Origin: Schmidtea polychroa | Taxonomy: Eukaryota | NCBI GenBank assembly: GCA_044892525.1 | Contig: CM097885.1 | Coordinates: 86,552,001-86,616,000 of the forward strand | DNA length: 64,000 nt | Direction of reading: 5' to 3' | The notes under the pieces: generated by a model | What the model saw: only the letters and a program-made list of their open reading frames with translations | The model's database searches: none | What the model was told of the DNA's origin: nothing | Program-made: the position numbers and the translations under genes | In this document: in pieces, positions 29,913 through 40,800 of the stretch | Layout of the letters: each line of letters begins with the position of its first letter | How positions within the stretch are numbered: position 1 is the stretch's first letter

Positions 29913-32705
29913 TTTACTTTTATGTGCGGTTTGTCTAGTCGTCCTACTGGATATGTTTGTTTTTCGGAGTTCTAGTTGGTCGCTGTTGATCACCTCAGGC
30001 GTTGATGGTGTTTTATCAATGTCAGTGTCAAGGCATTGTTTTTGACTACTATTGTCATCTTCGATCGTGTCTAAGAGATCAGCATCACTCACAGAATAAC
30101 AAGGTTCCACTACAAGTGCTTCCTCGGGTGCATGACAGTCAGGTTTGTTCTTATTCTGATCAATGCCTTTTTTGTCAATTGTAGTGTTAAGGCTTTCAAG
30201 AATATCTGTTATGTGATTGGCCATACCAGGTGTGCAGATTTTTCTACAAAGTTGTGGGATGCGATAAGAAAAGTTATTGTTGAATAGAAATTTCTTTTTG
30301 TCTCTAATGACAAAGAAGAGGAATCTTTTTGCACGACTCATCTCCTTCACATCTGACTCATGTGCAGTCTCATTAATCATTTTTCCTAATTTTCCAAGAA
30401 GACCTAGTTGGACAGCCTTTTGTGGGTAAGCTTCATCAACTTTGTCAAGAAATCTATTGACATCTCTTATGGTTTCAGGGGAAATGATGTTGTGTAGGGT
30501 GTCAATTTCGTTTGACAGCTTCCATTGTCGAAGCTTCAGAATTCTCTCTTTGCAACTAGAGAAATGATAAGACTGGGAAGGTAATGCATCGGTCATGCTG
30601 GGTGCCCAACTCTCGAAATTCTCAAGGCAGAGTGAGCTACAATTATCTATGTCTGTGACAGAGTATAACAACAGACAATTACGGATGTAGTTGTAAACAT
30701 AATCGCCATATGTTCCATTTTTAATATGTCTAAGTTCACCCTTCAATTGTAGGTAATTAAGGTGGAAAATGACATTAATCAGCTTAGTTGAAGATTTTGG
30801 CTGGCGCAATAATGATTTTAATACTTCATCTTTTTCGGACATTTCGATGAAGTTTAACAAGCCAAGATTAAACATAATGTCTGATTGGCTTTCAGAATTC
30901 GATGTCTCTTTGTTATTTATTTTAATAGTTTTTATAAGTTTACCCCCCACAAATGAGATCTGCTCGGGAAACCCTTTTTCTGATTTTAACCTTTCAATTA
31001 GCTCTATTAATTTCTCAGGACTCTCTGTGATGTTTTCAGTGAAGAGCAATTCAGAAATTTCTGGGAAGGATTTATAAAGATCGCGCACTTGCGACCGAGA
31101 AAGCTCCAACGTTCTAACCGCTGAACTCGTACTACTGGGAGCGTCATCGCCAAGAAGGTCTAGCATGACAAAGTCACCGTCTTGATATTTTATTTGCGAC
31201 CTTACTAAGTAGTCTGGTAGAGTCCCTTGCTTTTTAAGTAAGTTAAGCGCAATATTTATTTGTTCCCCTCGAACTTTGGTGTTCCCTATGGACGAGGTCT
31301 CAGAAAGATGAGTCGAAAGAACAAACAAGAATTTCTTAATTGTTGCAGGCGCTTTGAAAAATTCGCCTCTATTATTGGATGCCGTTACAATACCCGACTC
31401 AATAATAGAGGTCTTAAAAATAACCCCCGGGCCAGTCTGAGATTTTGAGGGCTTCTTGTTGGTCAACCCTAAATTTATGTTTACGCATACATTGCCGTTC
31501 CTATAAAAATAGCCAACCAATCCCTCTATTTTTAGAGGATTGGCAACATCAGTGATGCTGCTCAACTCAGCATTTAGCTTTTTGAATTTCTGCGGGGTCT
31601 CCTTTAATTTGAGGGCCTTAATTATCGCAGGGAAAGTTTTAAAGAAAATGGTCTTTTCTTTAGGTTTTAAGACTCGAAATATATTCAATTTATTATTACT
31701 TCCAGCTTCAGAGTCATTTCCCCAAGATTTTTGCCGATTTTCAAAATTTTTCAAATTTTTAGAATTTATATTTGAAATTTGTTTATTTTGAAAATTAAAT
31801 TTAGAATTTGATAAATTTTCTTTTTTAAATTTAATTTTGCCATCAAGGTTTTCTGAATTAGTATTTTTGGCGATTTTAAAATTTTTATATTTAAAATTTT
31901 CATTTTCTAAATTGGATATGTTTAAATTATCCAATTTAGCCTTTTGTAATTTAGAACTTTTTAAATCCTGTAAGTTTAATATTACTTTTCGAGTATTATT
32001 ATTAAGTATTACTTTTAGGCCAGAACCACGTAAATCAGAAAGCAATCCAGGATCAGCAGAAGACCTATTATTTATTTTGAAATTTTTTGGTTTTGAAAAG
32101 AAATTACTTTTATAATAATTTTGGTTTTTGTTATTATTTAATTCATTTTTACGAAATTTAGGAACATTTTTATTATTAGAAGTTAATCCGGAAAAATTTT
32201 GGCTTATGAAATTCTTTCCTGAAGATTTACCATCTCTATTATCGTAATTATCCTTTATATCATTATCTGTTCCATTTAAATAGAAATTATTAAAGCTTCC
32301 ATTCTCATTCACATTTTCACAAAATGGTAAATTACAAGAATAATTATTTGATCTACGATTTAAAGCTGAATCTTTGCTATTCATATTTGTGTTATATGAA
32401 AAATTTTTAGGTAAATAATTATTTGGACTATGATTCAAACTTGGATTATTTTTATTCACCTTTTCTACAAATTTAGATTTATTATATAAAAATTTATTCT
32501 TATTATTAGCATAAGATAAATAATTACAATAGCTTTGAGGTTTACTAAATGGTAATTTACTATTATAGGAAGTCTTATTATGAAATGTTAAATTTTTCTT
32601 ATTATCCTTCCCCCTATTGGCATTATTATCATAAAATTTAACATTTAAAAAATTCATTATGAAATCAAGTTTATAATTAAACTTACTGATCCAATCTTCA
32701 GTCAT
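29910..32705 (-). CDS. E4 ORF1, family A, 931 aa
   Basis: ATG start, intact; N-terminal ~250 aa differ strongly from E1 ORF1. Confidence 0.85.
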   Translation of the reverse strand: MTEDWISKFNYKLDFIMNFLNVKFYDNNANRGKDNKKNLTFHNKTSYNSKLPFSKPQSYCNYLSYANNKNKFLYNKSKFVEKVNKNNPSLNHSPNNYLPKNFSYNTNMNSKDSALNRRSNNYSCNLPFCENVNENGSFNNFYLNGTDNDIKDNYDNRDGKSSGKNFISQNFSGLTSNNKNVPKFRKNELNNNKNQNYYKSNFFSKPKNFKINNRSSADPGLLSDLRGSGLKVILNNNTRKVILNLQDLKSSKLQKAKLDNLNISNLENENFKYKNFKIAKNTNSENLDGKIKFKKENLSNSKFNFQNKQISNINSKNLKNFENRQKSWGNDSEAGSNNKLNIFRVLKPKEKTIFFKTFPAIIKALKLKETPQKFKKLNAELSSITDVANPLKIEGLVGYFYRNGNVCVNINLGLTNKKPSKSQTGPGVIFKTSIIESGIVTASNNRGEFFKAPATIKKFLFVLSTHLSETSSIGNTKVRGEQINIALNLLKKQGTLPDYLVRSQIKYQDGDFVMLDLLGDDAPSSTSSAVRTLELSRSQVRDLYKSFPEISELLFTENITESPEKLIELIERLKSEKGFPEQISFVGGKLIKTIKINNKETSNSESQSDIMFNLGLLNFIEMSEKDEVLKSLLRQPKSSTKLINVIFHLNYLQLKGELRHIKNGTYGDYVYNYIRNCLLLYSVTDIDNCSSLCLENFESWAPSMTDALPSQSYHFSSCKERILKLRQWKLSNEIDTLHNIISPETIRDVNRFLDKVDEAYPQKAVQLGLLGKLGKMINETAHESDVKEMSRAKRFLFFVIRDKKKFLFNNNFSYRIPQLCRKICTPGMANHITDILESLNTTIDKKGIDQNKNKPDCHAPEEALVVEPCYSVSDADLLDTIEDDNSSQKQCLDTDIDKTPSTPEVINSDQLELRKTNISSRTTRQTAHKSK

Positions 32706-32880
32706 TTCTTAATAAATAAATAAATAGATTTTAGGTTTTCTTTAAATTTTCAAATTCTTCGCCAACATTTGTTTAGATAGGCTGAAAAAATGAAATAAAA
32801 AAAATTTAATGGCCATAAAAATATACCTGATTGTCCACTCAGAATTGAATTCATCAAAATTGAATTGTGGAATAAAAAAA

Positions 32881-32978
32881 AGTCCACAACACCTCGTATT
32901 CCCAAGCGGTCACCCATCCAAGTACTAACGAGGCCTTAACCTGCTTAACTTCCGAGATCGAACGAGATCGGGTGAACC
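32881..32978 (-). pseudogene. RNA5S: 5'-truncated 5S rRNA gene (nt 22-119) downstream of E5
   Basis: Same junction. Confidence 0.95.
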
Positions 32979-35900
32979 GTAAAAGTTTATTAAAATAACA
33001 AATTTGAATTTTTATATACATGCGGACAATGCTCAACATGGAGCACGCCATTCAGAAAATAACAAAGTCAAAAGAGTCAGAAGGATATCAAATAATCACA
33101 AATGTTTGAGAGTTTTTCGACTCAATTGTCAATGCTTCTTTTCTGAACTGTCCTCGGCTCTGATTTGTGGAATTGTCATCGGAACAGTCCGGCTTTGCAT
33201 GACGACGATTTGTGGCAGCAGATTTGATGTTGCTGCAACTTGGCTGACGGTCTGATCAGTCTGTTGTTTGATATTGACAGGACTCTAATGCAAACGAGGT
33301 ATCATCTAATTCGCATTAACTGAATAGTACCATCTCTACAGATGACATCCGAGCAACAGCAGACTTATCAAGATTTTGATTGAGATCAGCAACCATCGGC
33401 ATGCAGCATATGTCCTTTTAACATCTAAATAGTTTTTTACAAAAAGATATGCATATATATATTTATAAATAATCCTCGTACAGGGGGGAGTATCTAAAAG
33501 CTGTAACATATCTAATAAAATACTTTTATACACAAAACATTTATAACAAAGTATTTACAACAATGATAATGCCAATAAGGGGTTAAGGCCATCGAATTAA
33601 TTGTTATTAAAGAGCTGGGTTTTATCCGGATCTACTAAAATGCCAGTCTTGTGAAAATACCACCGTCTGGCAGAATGTGTAATGTTGCTTATTGCACATT
33701 CTTTCAGTAAACCCTTAAGCTCAGTTTGCTTTACTCCAATTTTAAGAAGGATGTTTGGAGTTTGTGGTGGAAAAGATCCAAGTGAGCCAATAATGCAAGT
33801 GTCAAGTTCGACCTGAAAGTCTGGTTTGACAACTTGTATTTGCTTTTTCAGCGAGTCATATTTTTGCAAGTTAAGCAAATCGACATTTTCGAAGTTGTTC
33901 AGAGAATCGCATGGACATTTCATGTCGACAAGAAAGATTTTCTTTCTGGTCATGTCAGTGATCATAAGATCAACTCGTTCCTTGGAGTTTGGTACAAGAG
34001 AACAGACATGATCCACAACGATGAGCAAATTAGAATTCTGTTTCAAATTCGAAGTGATAAGTTTCAGACAATCATTGTGTCGTTCAGCACCAAGAGTCAG
34101 ATGGACCTTACATGATTGGATTACATGTGACATTGTCTCATCTTCCGTGTGACACAATCGACAAAGTCTCTTTTCGCCTTTATTATTTGGCTTTGCATTA
34201 ATGGAAAGAGTGTTTGTGCGAGCCCGATGTATGAAATTCCAGGCAAATTCCGACAAATCACTTCGGAATATTGCCTTGTTTATTTTTGGTGAAAGTTTTA
34301 CTGCAGAAGCTATAAAGTTCGAAATACAGCTCTTTTCCCATTTCGAAAGGTACGAGTCACAGAGTGCCATGTGTAAGACTTTCGATGTGGTTTTGCGAAG
34401 ATCACTAGTTAGAATGCATGTGCCACGCATAGTTGTTGTTATGTATAACGATGGCTCATGATTTGTGACGATGAATGAAATTTTGATGTTGTGTGTCTTT
34501 TCAAAGAACGCAACTGCTATTCTCGCTCTCTGAAAACGAGTTTTCTTTCCAGAATGGTAGGGTTTAGACTCTCTACCATTGAGCCAGTCAAGACTTTCTT
34601 GTAGTGTTGGCTCTTTAATACCAAGTCGCGGTCCTGTGACAAATTTTAAAGAATCAATGTTAATCTTTCTGGCAAGGTCACATTTCGAAGTAAAAAGTCG
34701 GAAAAAGTGTGTGATTGTCTGCGTATGATATTCATCGAGAAGATCAACGCAGTTTGCCCCTCCGTTTTCAGTTGAATTGTAAAAATAGCTTACTTCAGAG
34801 TGATTGGGCAAGAACATCATTTTCCTAAAACAATTTCTTAATTCGCTAGTGATGTTTACAGAGAGATTTTTGTTCTCACTAGATTTGGAAAGAGCACTAG
34901 TTTTAATTTCACGTGTTCTGAAAGCGAAGATCAAACGAGAATGGACAAAGACCTTATACGCCTTTAGTTTCTGCCAACCAAGTAAATCAGAGTCTGCAAG
35001 TTTTCTTGTATCAGAGACTGCCTTTTTTAGAGTATCATATGGACTTTGATCAGTTTCCTCACCAACCGGAACGCCAAGGTACTGATAGAATTCATTTGGC
35101 AGCAATTTCTTTATTTTGATGTCATTAATTACGATTTCACTTTCCGATTGGGTCTTTGGAAGTTGTAAATACCCACATTTTTCAGGCCGATATACGAAAC
35201 CAATTTCAGCGGCAGTTTTTACAGCTATATTTGTGATTTTCTGTAGGTCATTAGCAGATTTTGCAACAAGAGCAATATCGTCAGCATATGCCAGAATCTT
35301 GACAGGAGATTCTCCAATCATAAAAGGCTCACACTCAGATCTAGAGACAGCTTCAAGTACAGGATTGATGGCCAAAGCAAACAAGATCATCGAAATAGGG
35401 CATCCTTGTTTGACACCCTGTTTTATTGGAATTTTCGGAGTCAAGATTGGACCACAACTATAAAATGTGCTCGTGTCAGAGTATAACATTTGCAGGATAA
35501 AAGCGAATTCCTCACTTACTCCAACGAATCGAAGTAAGGACCACATATACTCATGTGGGACACTGCCAAAAGCGTCTTTTATATCGAGCCAGGCTATAGC
35601 AATTGGAGAGTTCTTACTGTATTTGGAGTGTTCTAGAGCTGATGAGAGAATCGAATTGTGCTCAACACATCCATCATGTCTGGAGCCACCTTTCTGTCCA
35701 ACATGCAAAAGGTCATTTTTATTTATCCAATATGTCAAACGACTCGCAAGACATGAGGCAAACAATTTGTAAATGACAGAAAGTAAAGCGATTGGACGCC
35801 AAGACGAGCAATCCTCATATTTCCCATTTTTGTCAGGCTTAGGAATCAGAAGAGTTTTAAAGCTCTTCCAATTGTCAGGTATGATTTTATCGAAAATGAT

Positions 35901-36396
35901 TTTATTGAATAGAAAGCACAGTAATTTACCTTTGGGATCAAGGAGCAGCAAGTCTCGATATTGTATACCATCAATACCCGGACTTGTGTTGTCAGCTCGC
36001 TTGAGTTCATAAATTACTTCAAGTTCTGAAAACGGTTCCAGGTCAAGTTTTTGTTGGGAGCGTTTACAAAAGCTAAATGTTTTAGTCCAGTTTCCTTGAA
36101 AAGGTGATTTTATCAAGAAATTTAAAACTATATTATTCTTATTATTAGCATAAGATAAATAATTACAATAGCTTTGAGGTTTACTAAATGGTAATTTACT
36201 ATTATAGGAAGTCTTATTATGAAATGTTAAATTTTTCTTATTATCCTTCCCCCTATTGGCATTATTATCATAAAATTTAACATTTAAAAAATTCATTATG
36301 AAATCAAGTTTATAATTAAACTTACTGATCCAATCTTCAGTCATTTCTTAATAAATAAATAAATAGATTTTAGGTTTTCTTTAAATTTTCAAATTC
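32979..36396 (-). mobile_element. E5: family A element with 4665-bp internal in-frame deletion
   Basis: 3418 bp = E4 length minus 4665; both termini intact. Confidence 0.93.
33597..36344 (-). CDS. E5 fusion ORF, 915 aa: ORF1 first 70 aa + RT + CCHC + RLE
   Basis: Junction ...YANNKN|NIVLNF... at 36134/36135. Confidence 0.85.
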   Translation of the reverse strand: MTEDWISKFNYKLDFIMNFLNVKFYDNNANRGKDNKKNLTFHNKTSYNSKLPFSKPQSYCNYLSYANNKNNIVLNFLIKSPFQGNWTKTFSFCKRSQQKLDLEPFSELEVIYELKRADNTSPGIDGIQYRDLLLLDPKGKLLCFLFNKIIFDKIIPDNWKSFKTLLIPKPDKNGKYEDCSSWRPIALLSVIYKLFASCLASRLTYWINKNDLLHVGQKGGSRHDGCVEHNSILSSALEHSKYSKNSPIAIAWLDIKDAFGSVPHEYMWSLLRFVGVSEEFAFILQMLYSDTSTFYSCGPILTPKIPIKQGVKQGCPISMILFALAINPVLEAVSRSECEPFMIGESPVKILAYADDIALVAKSANDLQKITNIAVKTAAEIGFVYRPEKCGYLQLPKTQSESEIVINDIKIKKLLPNEFYQYLGVPVGEETDQSPYDTLKKAVSDTRKLADSDLLGWQKLKAYKVFVHSRLIFAFRTREIKTSALSKSSENKNLSVNITSELRNCFRKMMFLPNHSEVSYFYNSTENGGANCVDLLDEYHTQTITHFFRLFTSKCDLARKINIDSLKFVTGPRLGIKEPTLQESLDWLNGRESKPYHSGKKTRFQRARIAVAFFEKTHNIKISFIVTNHEPSLYITTTMRGTCILTSDLRKTTSKVLHMALCDSYLSKWEKSCISNFIASAVKLSPKINKAIFRSDLSEFAWNFIHRARTNTLSINAKPNNKGEKRLCRLCHTEDETMSHVIQSCKVHLTLGAERHNDCLKLITSNLKQNSNLLIVVDHVCSLVPNSKERVDLMITDMTRKKIFLVDMKCPCDSLNNFENVDLLNLQKYDSLKKQIQVVKPDFQVELDTCIIGSLGSFPPQTPNILLKIGVKQTELKGLLKECAISNITHSARRWYFHKTGILVDPDKTQLFNNN

Positions 36397-36519
36397 TTCG
36401 CCAACATATGTTGAGATAGGCTGAAAAAATGAAATAAAAAAAATTTAATGGCCATAAAAATATACCTGATTGTCCACTCAGAATTGAATTCATCAAAATT
36501 GAATTGTGGAATAAAAAAA

Positions 36520-36638
36520 AGTCCACAACACCTCGTATTCCCAAGCGGTCACCCATCCAAGTACTAACGACGCCTTAACCTGCTTAACTTCCGAGATCGA
36601 ACGAGATCGGGTGAACCCAGATTAGTATGGTCGTGGAC
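36520..36638 (-). rRNA. RNA5S: 5S rRNA, full length, C68G variant
   Basis: One substitution at 36571. Confidence 0.93.
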
Positions 36639-36826
36639 ATACAGTATATTATTTTTCCAACCAAATATTCAATCATTGAATTTTTTTCAATTGATTTCAT
36701 CGATTCGCCAACATATGTTGAGATAGGCTGAAAAAATGAAATAAAAAAAATTTAATGGCCATAAAAATATACCTGATTGTCCACTCAGAATTGAATTCAT
36801 CAAAATTGAATTGTGGAATAAAAAAA

Positions 36827-36945
36827 AGTCCACAACACCTCGTATTCCCAAGCGGTCACCCATCCAAGTACTAACGAGGCCTTAACCTGCTTAACTTCCG
36901 AGATCGAACGAGATCGGGTGAACCCAGATTAGTATGGTATTGGAC
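36827..36945 (-). rRNA. RNA5S: 5S rRNA, full length, CG>AT variant at nt 6-7
   Basis: Substitutions at 36939-36940 in helix I. Confidence 0.92.
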
Positions 36946-37133
36946 ATACAGTATATTATTTTTCCAACCAAATATTCAATCATTGAATTTTTTTCAATTG
37001 ATTTCATCGATTCGCCAACATATGTTGAGATAGGCTGAAAAAATGAAATAAAAAAAATTTAATGGCCATAAAAATATACCTGATTGTCCACTCAGAATTG
37101 AATTCATCAAAATTGAATTGTGGAATAAAAAAA

Positions 37134-37231
37134 AGTCCACAACACCTCGTATTCCCAAGCGGTCACCCATCCAAGTACTAACGAGGCCTTAACCTGCTTA
37201 ACTTCCGAGATCGAACGAGATCGGGTGAACC
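37134..37231 (-). pseudogene. RNA5S: 5'-truncated 5S rRNA gene (nt 22-119) downstream of E6
   Basis: Same junction. Confidence 0.95.
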
Positions 37232-37835
37232 GTAAAAGTTTATTATTAAAACAAATTTGAATTTTTGTACAAGCGGACAATGCTCAACATGGAGCACGCC
37301 ATTCGGAAAATAACAAAGTCAAAAGAGTCAGAAAGATATCAAATAATCACAAATGTTTGAGAGTTTTTCGACTCAATTGTCAATGCTTCTTTTCTGAACT
37401 GTCCTCGGCTCTGATTTGTGAAATTGTCATCGGATCAGTGAATTTGATTGTCCGGCTTTGCACATCGATGATTTGAGACAGCAGATTTGAGGTGCTGCAA
37501 CTTGTCTGAAGGTCTAATCAGTCTGTTGTGAGTTATTGACAGGACTCGAATGCAAACGAGGGATCATCAGATGACATCCGAGCAACAGCAGACTTATCAG
37601 GATCTTGACTGAAATCAGCAATCATCGCTATGCAGAATATGACCTTTTTACATCTAGATATTTTTACAGAAAGATAGCATGTATACATATATATTTATAA
37701 ATAATCCACGTACAAGAGGGAATATCTAAAAAGTCTAAAAAATCTAATAATACATAAATACTTTTATACACAAAACATTTAAATTAAAAATTTAATCTAT
37801 GATAATGCCAATAGGGGGAATGAATGTGCCTTAAA

Positions 37836-40800
37836 TCATTTAATACTCGGGAATTTGAATTTATCGAGATCAATCAAGACGCCGTTTTTGTGGTAGTGCC
37901 ACCGTCTTGCAGAGTGTGAAATATTGCTCATGGCACAATCTCTCATTAAGCCTTTCAAACGACTACGATCAATTCCTATTTTGAGAAGAATTTCAGGAGT
38001 CTTTGGAGGGAAAGAACCTAAAGAACCGATGATACAGGTATCAAGTTCAACATTGAAATCAGGTTTGACATCTTTTATTTGTCTCCTGAGTGATTCATAT
38101 TTTTGCAGATTGAGCGAGTCAACGTTTTCAAAATTATTCACAGTGTCGCACGGACATTTCATGTCAACTAGAAAGATCTTTTTCCTTGCCAAATCCGTGA
38201 TCATCAAGTCAATTCGTTCCTTGGAGTATGGAACAAGTGAACAAACATGGTCAACAACAACAATCAGATTTGGGTTTGTTGTAAGGTGAGAAGTTATCAG
38301 TTTAAGACAGTCATTGTGGCGCTCAGCACCAAGAGTAAGATGAACCTTACAAGATTGAATAATGTGTGACATTGTCTCCTCTTCACTGTGACATAGTCGA
38401 CAGAGTCTAGTGTCACCTCTATTATGTGGTTTAGCTTTGTTGGAAAGGGTGTTTGTGCGAGCTCGGTGAATAAAGTTCCAAGCAAATTCCGACATGTCAC
38501 CTCGAAAGATTGCTTTATTTATCTTAGGTGCAAGTTTTATCGCCGAAATAATGAAACCCGAGGTACAGCTTTTTTCCCATTTTGAAAGATAAGAGCCATG
38601 AAGAGCCATGTGTAAAACTTTCGATGTGGTTTTGCGAAGATCACTAGTTAGAATGCATGTGCCACGTATTTCACTTGTAATATAAAGTGATGGTTCTTTC
38701 TTTGTGACTATAAATGAGATGTTTATGTCATGTTCTTTTTTAAAGAAAGCAATCGCCGTTCTAACTCTCTGAAATCGAGTCTTTCTACCAGAATGAACAG
38801 GTTTTGATTCTTTACCATTGAACCAATCAAGACTTTCTTGTAGTGTTGGTGTTTTAATACCGAGTCGTGGTCCAGTTACAAAGTTAAGAGAGTCGAGGTT
38901 AATCTTTCGCGCGTATTCACATTTCGAAGTAAGGAGTCTGAAAAAGTGTGTTATTGTCTGCGTGTGATATTCATCAAGAAGATCAACGCAGTTTGCCCCT
39001 GCGTTTTCAGTTGAATTGTAAAAATAACTTACTTCAGAGTGATTAGGCAAGAACATCATTTTCCTAAAACAATTTCTTAATTCGCTAGTGATGTTTACAG
39101 AAAGATTTTTGTTCTCACTAGATTTTGAAAGAGCACTAGTTTTAATTTCACGTGTTCTAAAAGGAAAGATCAAACGAGAGTGGACAAAGACCTTATATGC
39201 TTTAAGTTTCTGCCAGCCAAGTAAGTCAGAGTCAGCAAGTTTTCTAGTATCAGAGACTGCTTTCTTAAGAATCTCATATGGACTTTGATCAGTTTCCTCA
39301 CCAACTGGGACGCCAAGATACTTATAGAATTCATTTGGCAGCAATTTCTTTATTTTGATGTCATTAATTACGATTTCACTTTCCGATTGGGTCTTTGGAA
39401 GTTGTAAATACCCACATTTTTCAGGCCGATATACGAAACCAATTTCAGCAGCAGTTGTCACAGCTATATTTGTGATTTTCTGTAGGTCATTAGCAGATTT
39501 TGCAACAAGAGCAATATCGTCAGCATATGCCAGAATCTTGACAGGAGATTCTCCAATCATAAAGGGTTCACAGTCAAATCTAGAGACAGCTTCAAGTACA
39601 GGGTTGATGGCCAAAGCAAACAAGATCATCGAAATAGGACATCCTTGTTTGACACCCTGTTTTATTGGAATTTTCGGAGTCAAGATTGGACCACAACTAT
39701 AAAATGTGCTTGTGTCGGAATATAACATTTGCAGAATAAAAGCAAACTCCTCACTTACTCCAACGAATCGAAGTAAGGACCACATATACTCATGTGGGAC
39801 ACTGCCAAAAGCGTCTTTTATATCGAGCCAGGCTATAGTAATAGGAGAGTTCTTACTGTATTTTGAGTGTTCTAGGGCCGACGAAAGAATGGAATTGTGT
39901 TCAACACATCCATCATGTCTGGAGCCACCTTTTTGTCCAACATGCAAAAGGTCATTTCTCTCTATCCATAATGTCAAACGACTTGCGAGACAAGAGGCAA
40001 ACAATTTATAAATGACAGAGAGTAAGGCAATTGGACGCCAAGACGATACGTTGTCATATTTGTCACTTTTATCAGGTTTTGGAATAAGGAGCGTTTTGAA
40101 AGTTTTCCAACTTTCAGGTATTACTTTATTAGTAATGATTTTATTAAATAAAACAGTTAGTAATTTACCCTCAGGATCGAGAAGCAACAAATCTCGATAT
40201 TGAATACCATCAATACCGGGACTTGTGTTATCGGCTCTCTTGAGTTCAAAAAGTACCTCCATATCTGACAAAAGTTCTAGCTTGAGGATTTTCTCTGAGC
40301 GCTTACAAAATTTAAAAGTATTATCCCAAACTTGTTTTATAGGAGTCTTGTGCATGAAATGCATCACAATATCCTGAAATTTAGGTCTGACATTGACATC
40401 TATGTCGTTAAAAATTAAATTAACTGCGGATTTCATATCAGTTTTAAATTTTGAAATTAATTTATTTTTATTTATTTTCGAAGTTTCTCTCTTTCTAGTT
40501 CCCAAATATGGTTTATGGGTTGCACTTGCGTGGTCAGGAAATTGTTCAATAATCAGATTAATAATGTCATCGACATCTAAACTAATTACTTTCTCTAAAA
40601 GTTCATCAATCTTATGTTTACGTTGTTCCAAGTTTTCGCAACCCACGCGTTTTTGGTTAACTTTATTATTTTCCACAGATTTGATTTTTTTTATTTCTTT
40701 TGCAATGGGAAGAAAGGAACTTATAACATTACCAATAACACGCAAATTTAAATTTGTCAAAGGTAAATCATTAGCATAGTTTGTTATAAAGGAGCAAATA

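Larger units (their letters stand above)
24675..32757 (-). mobile_element. E4: family A element, full length, both ORFs intact
   Basis: 8083 bp; 5' junction 32757/32758. Confidence 0.95.
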
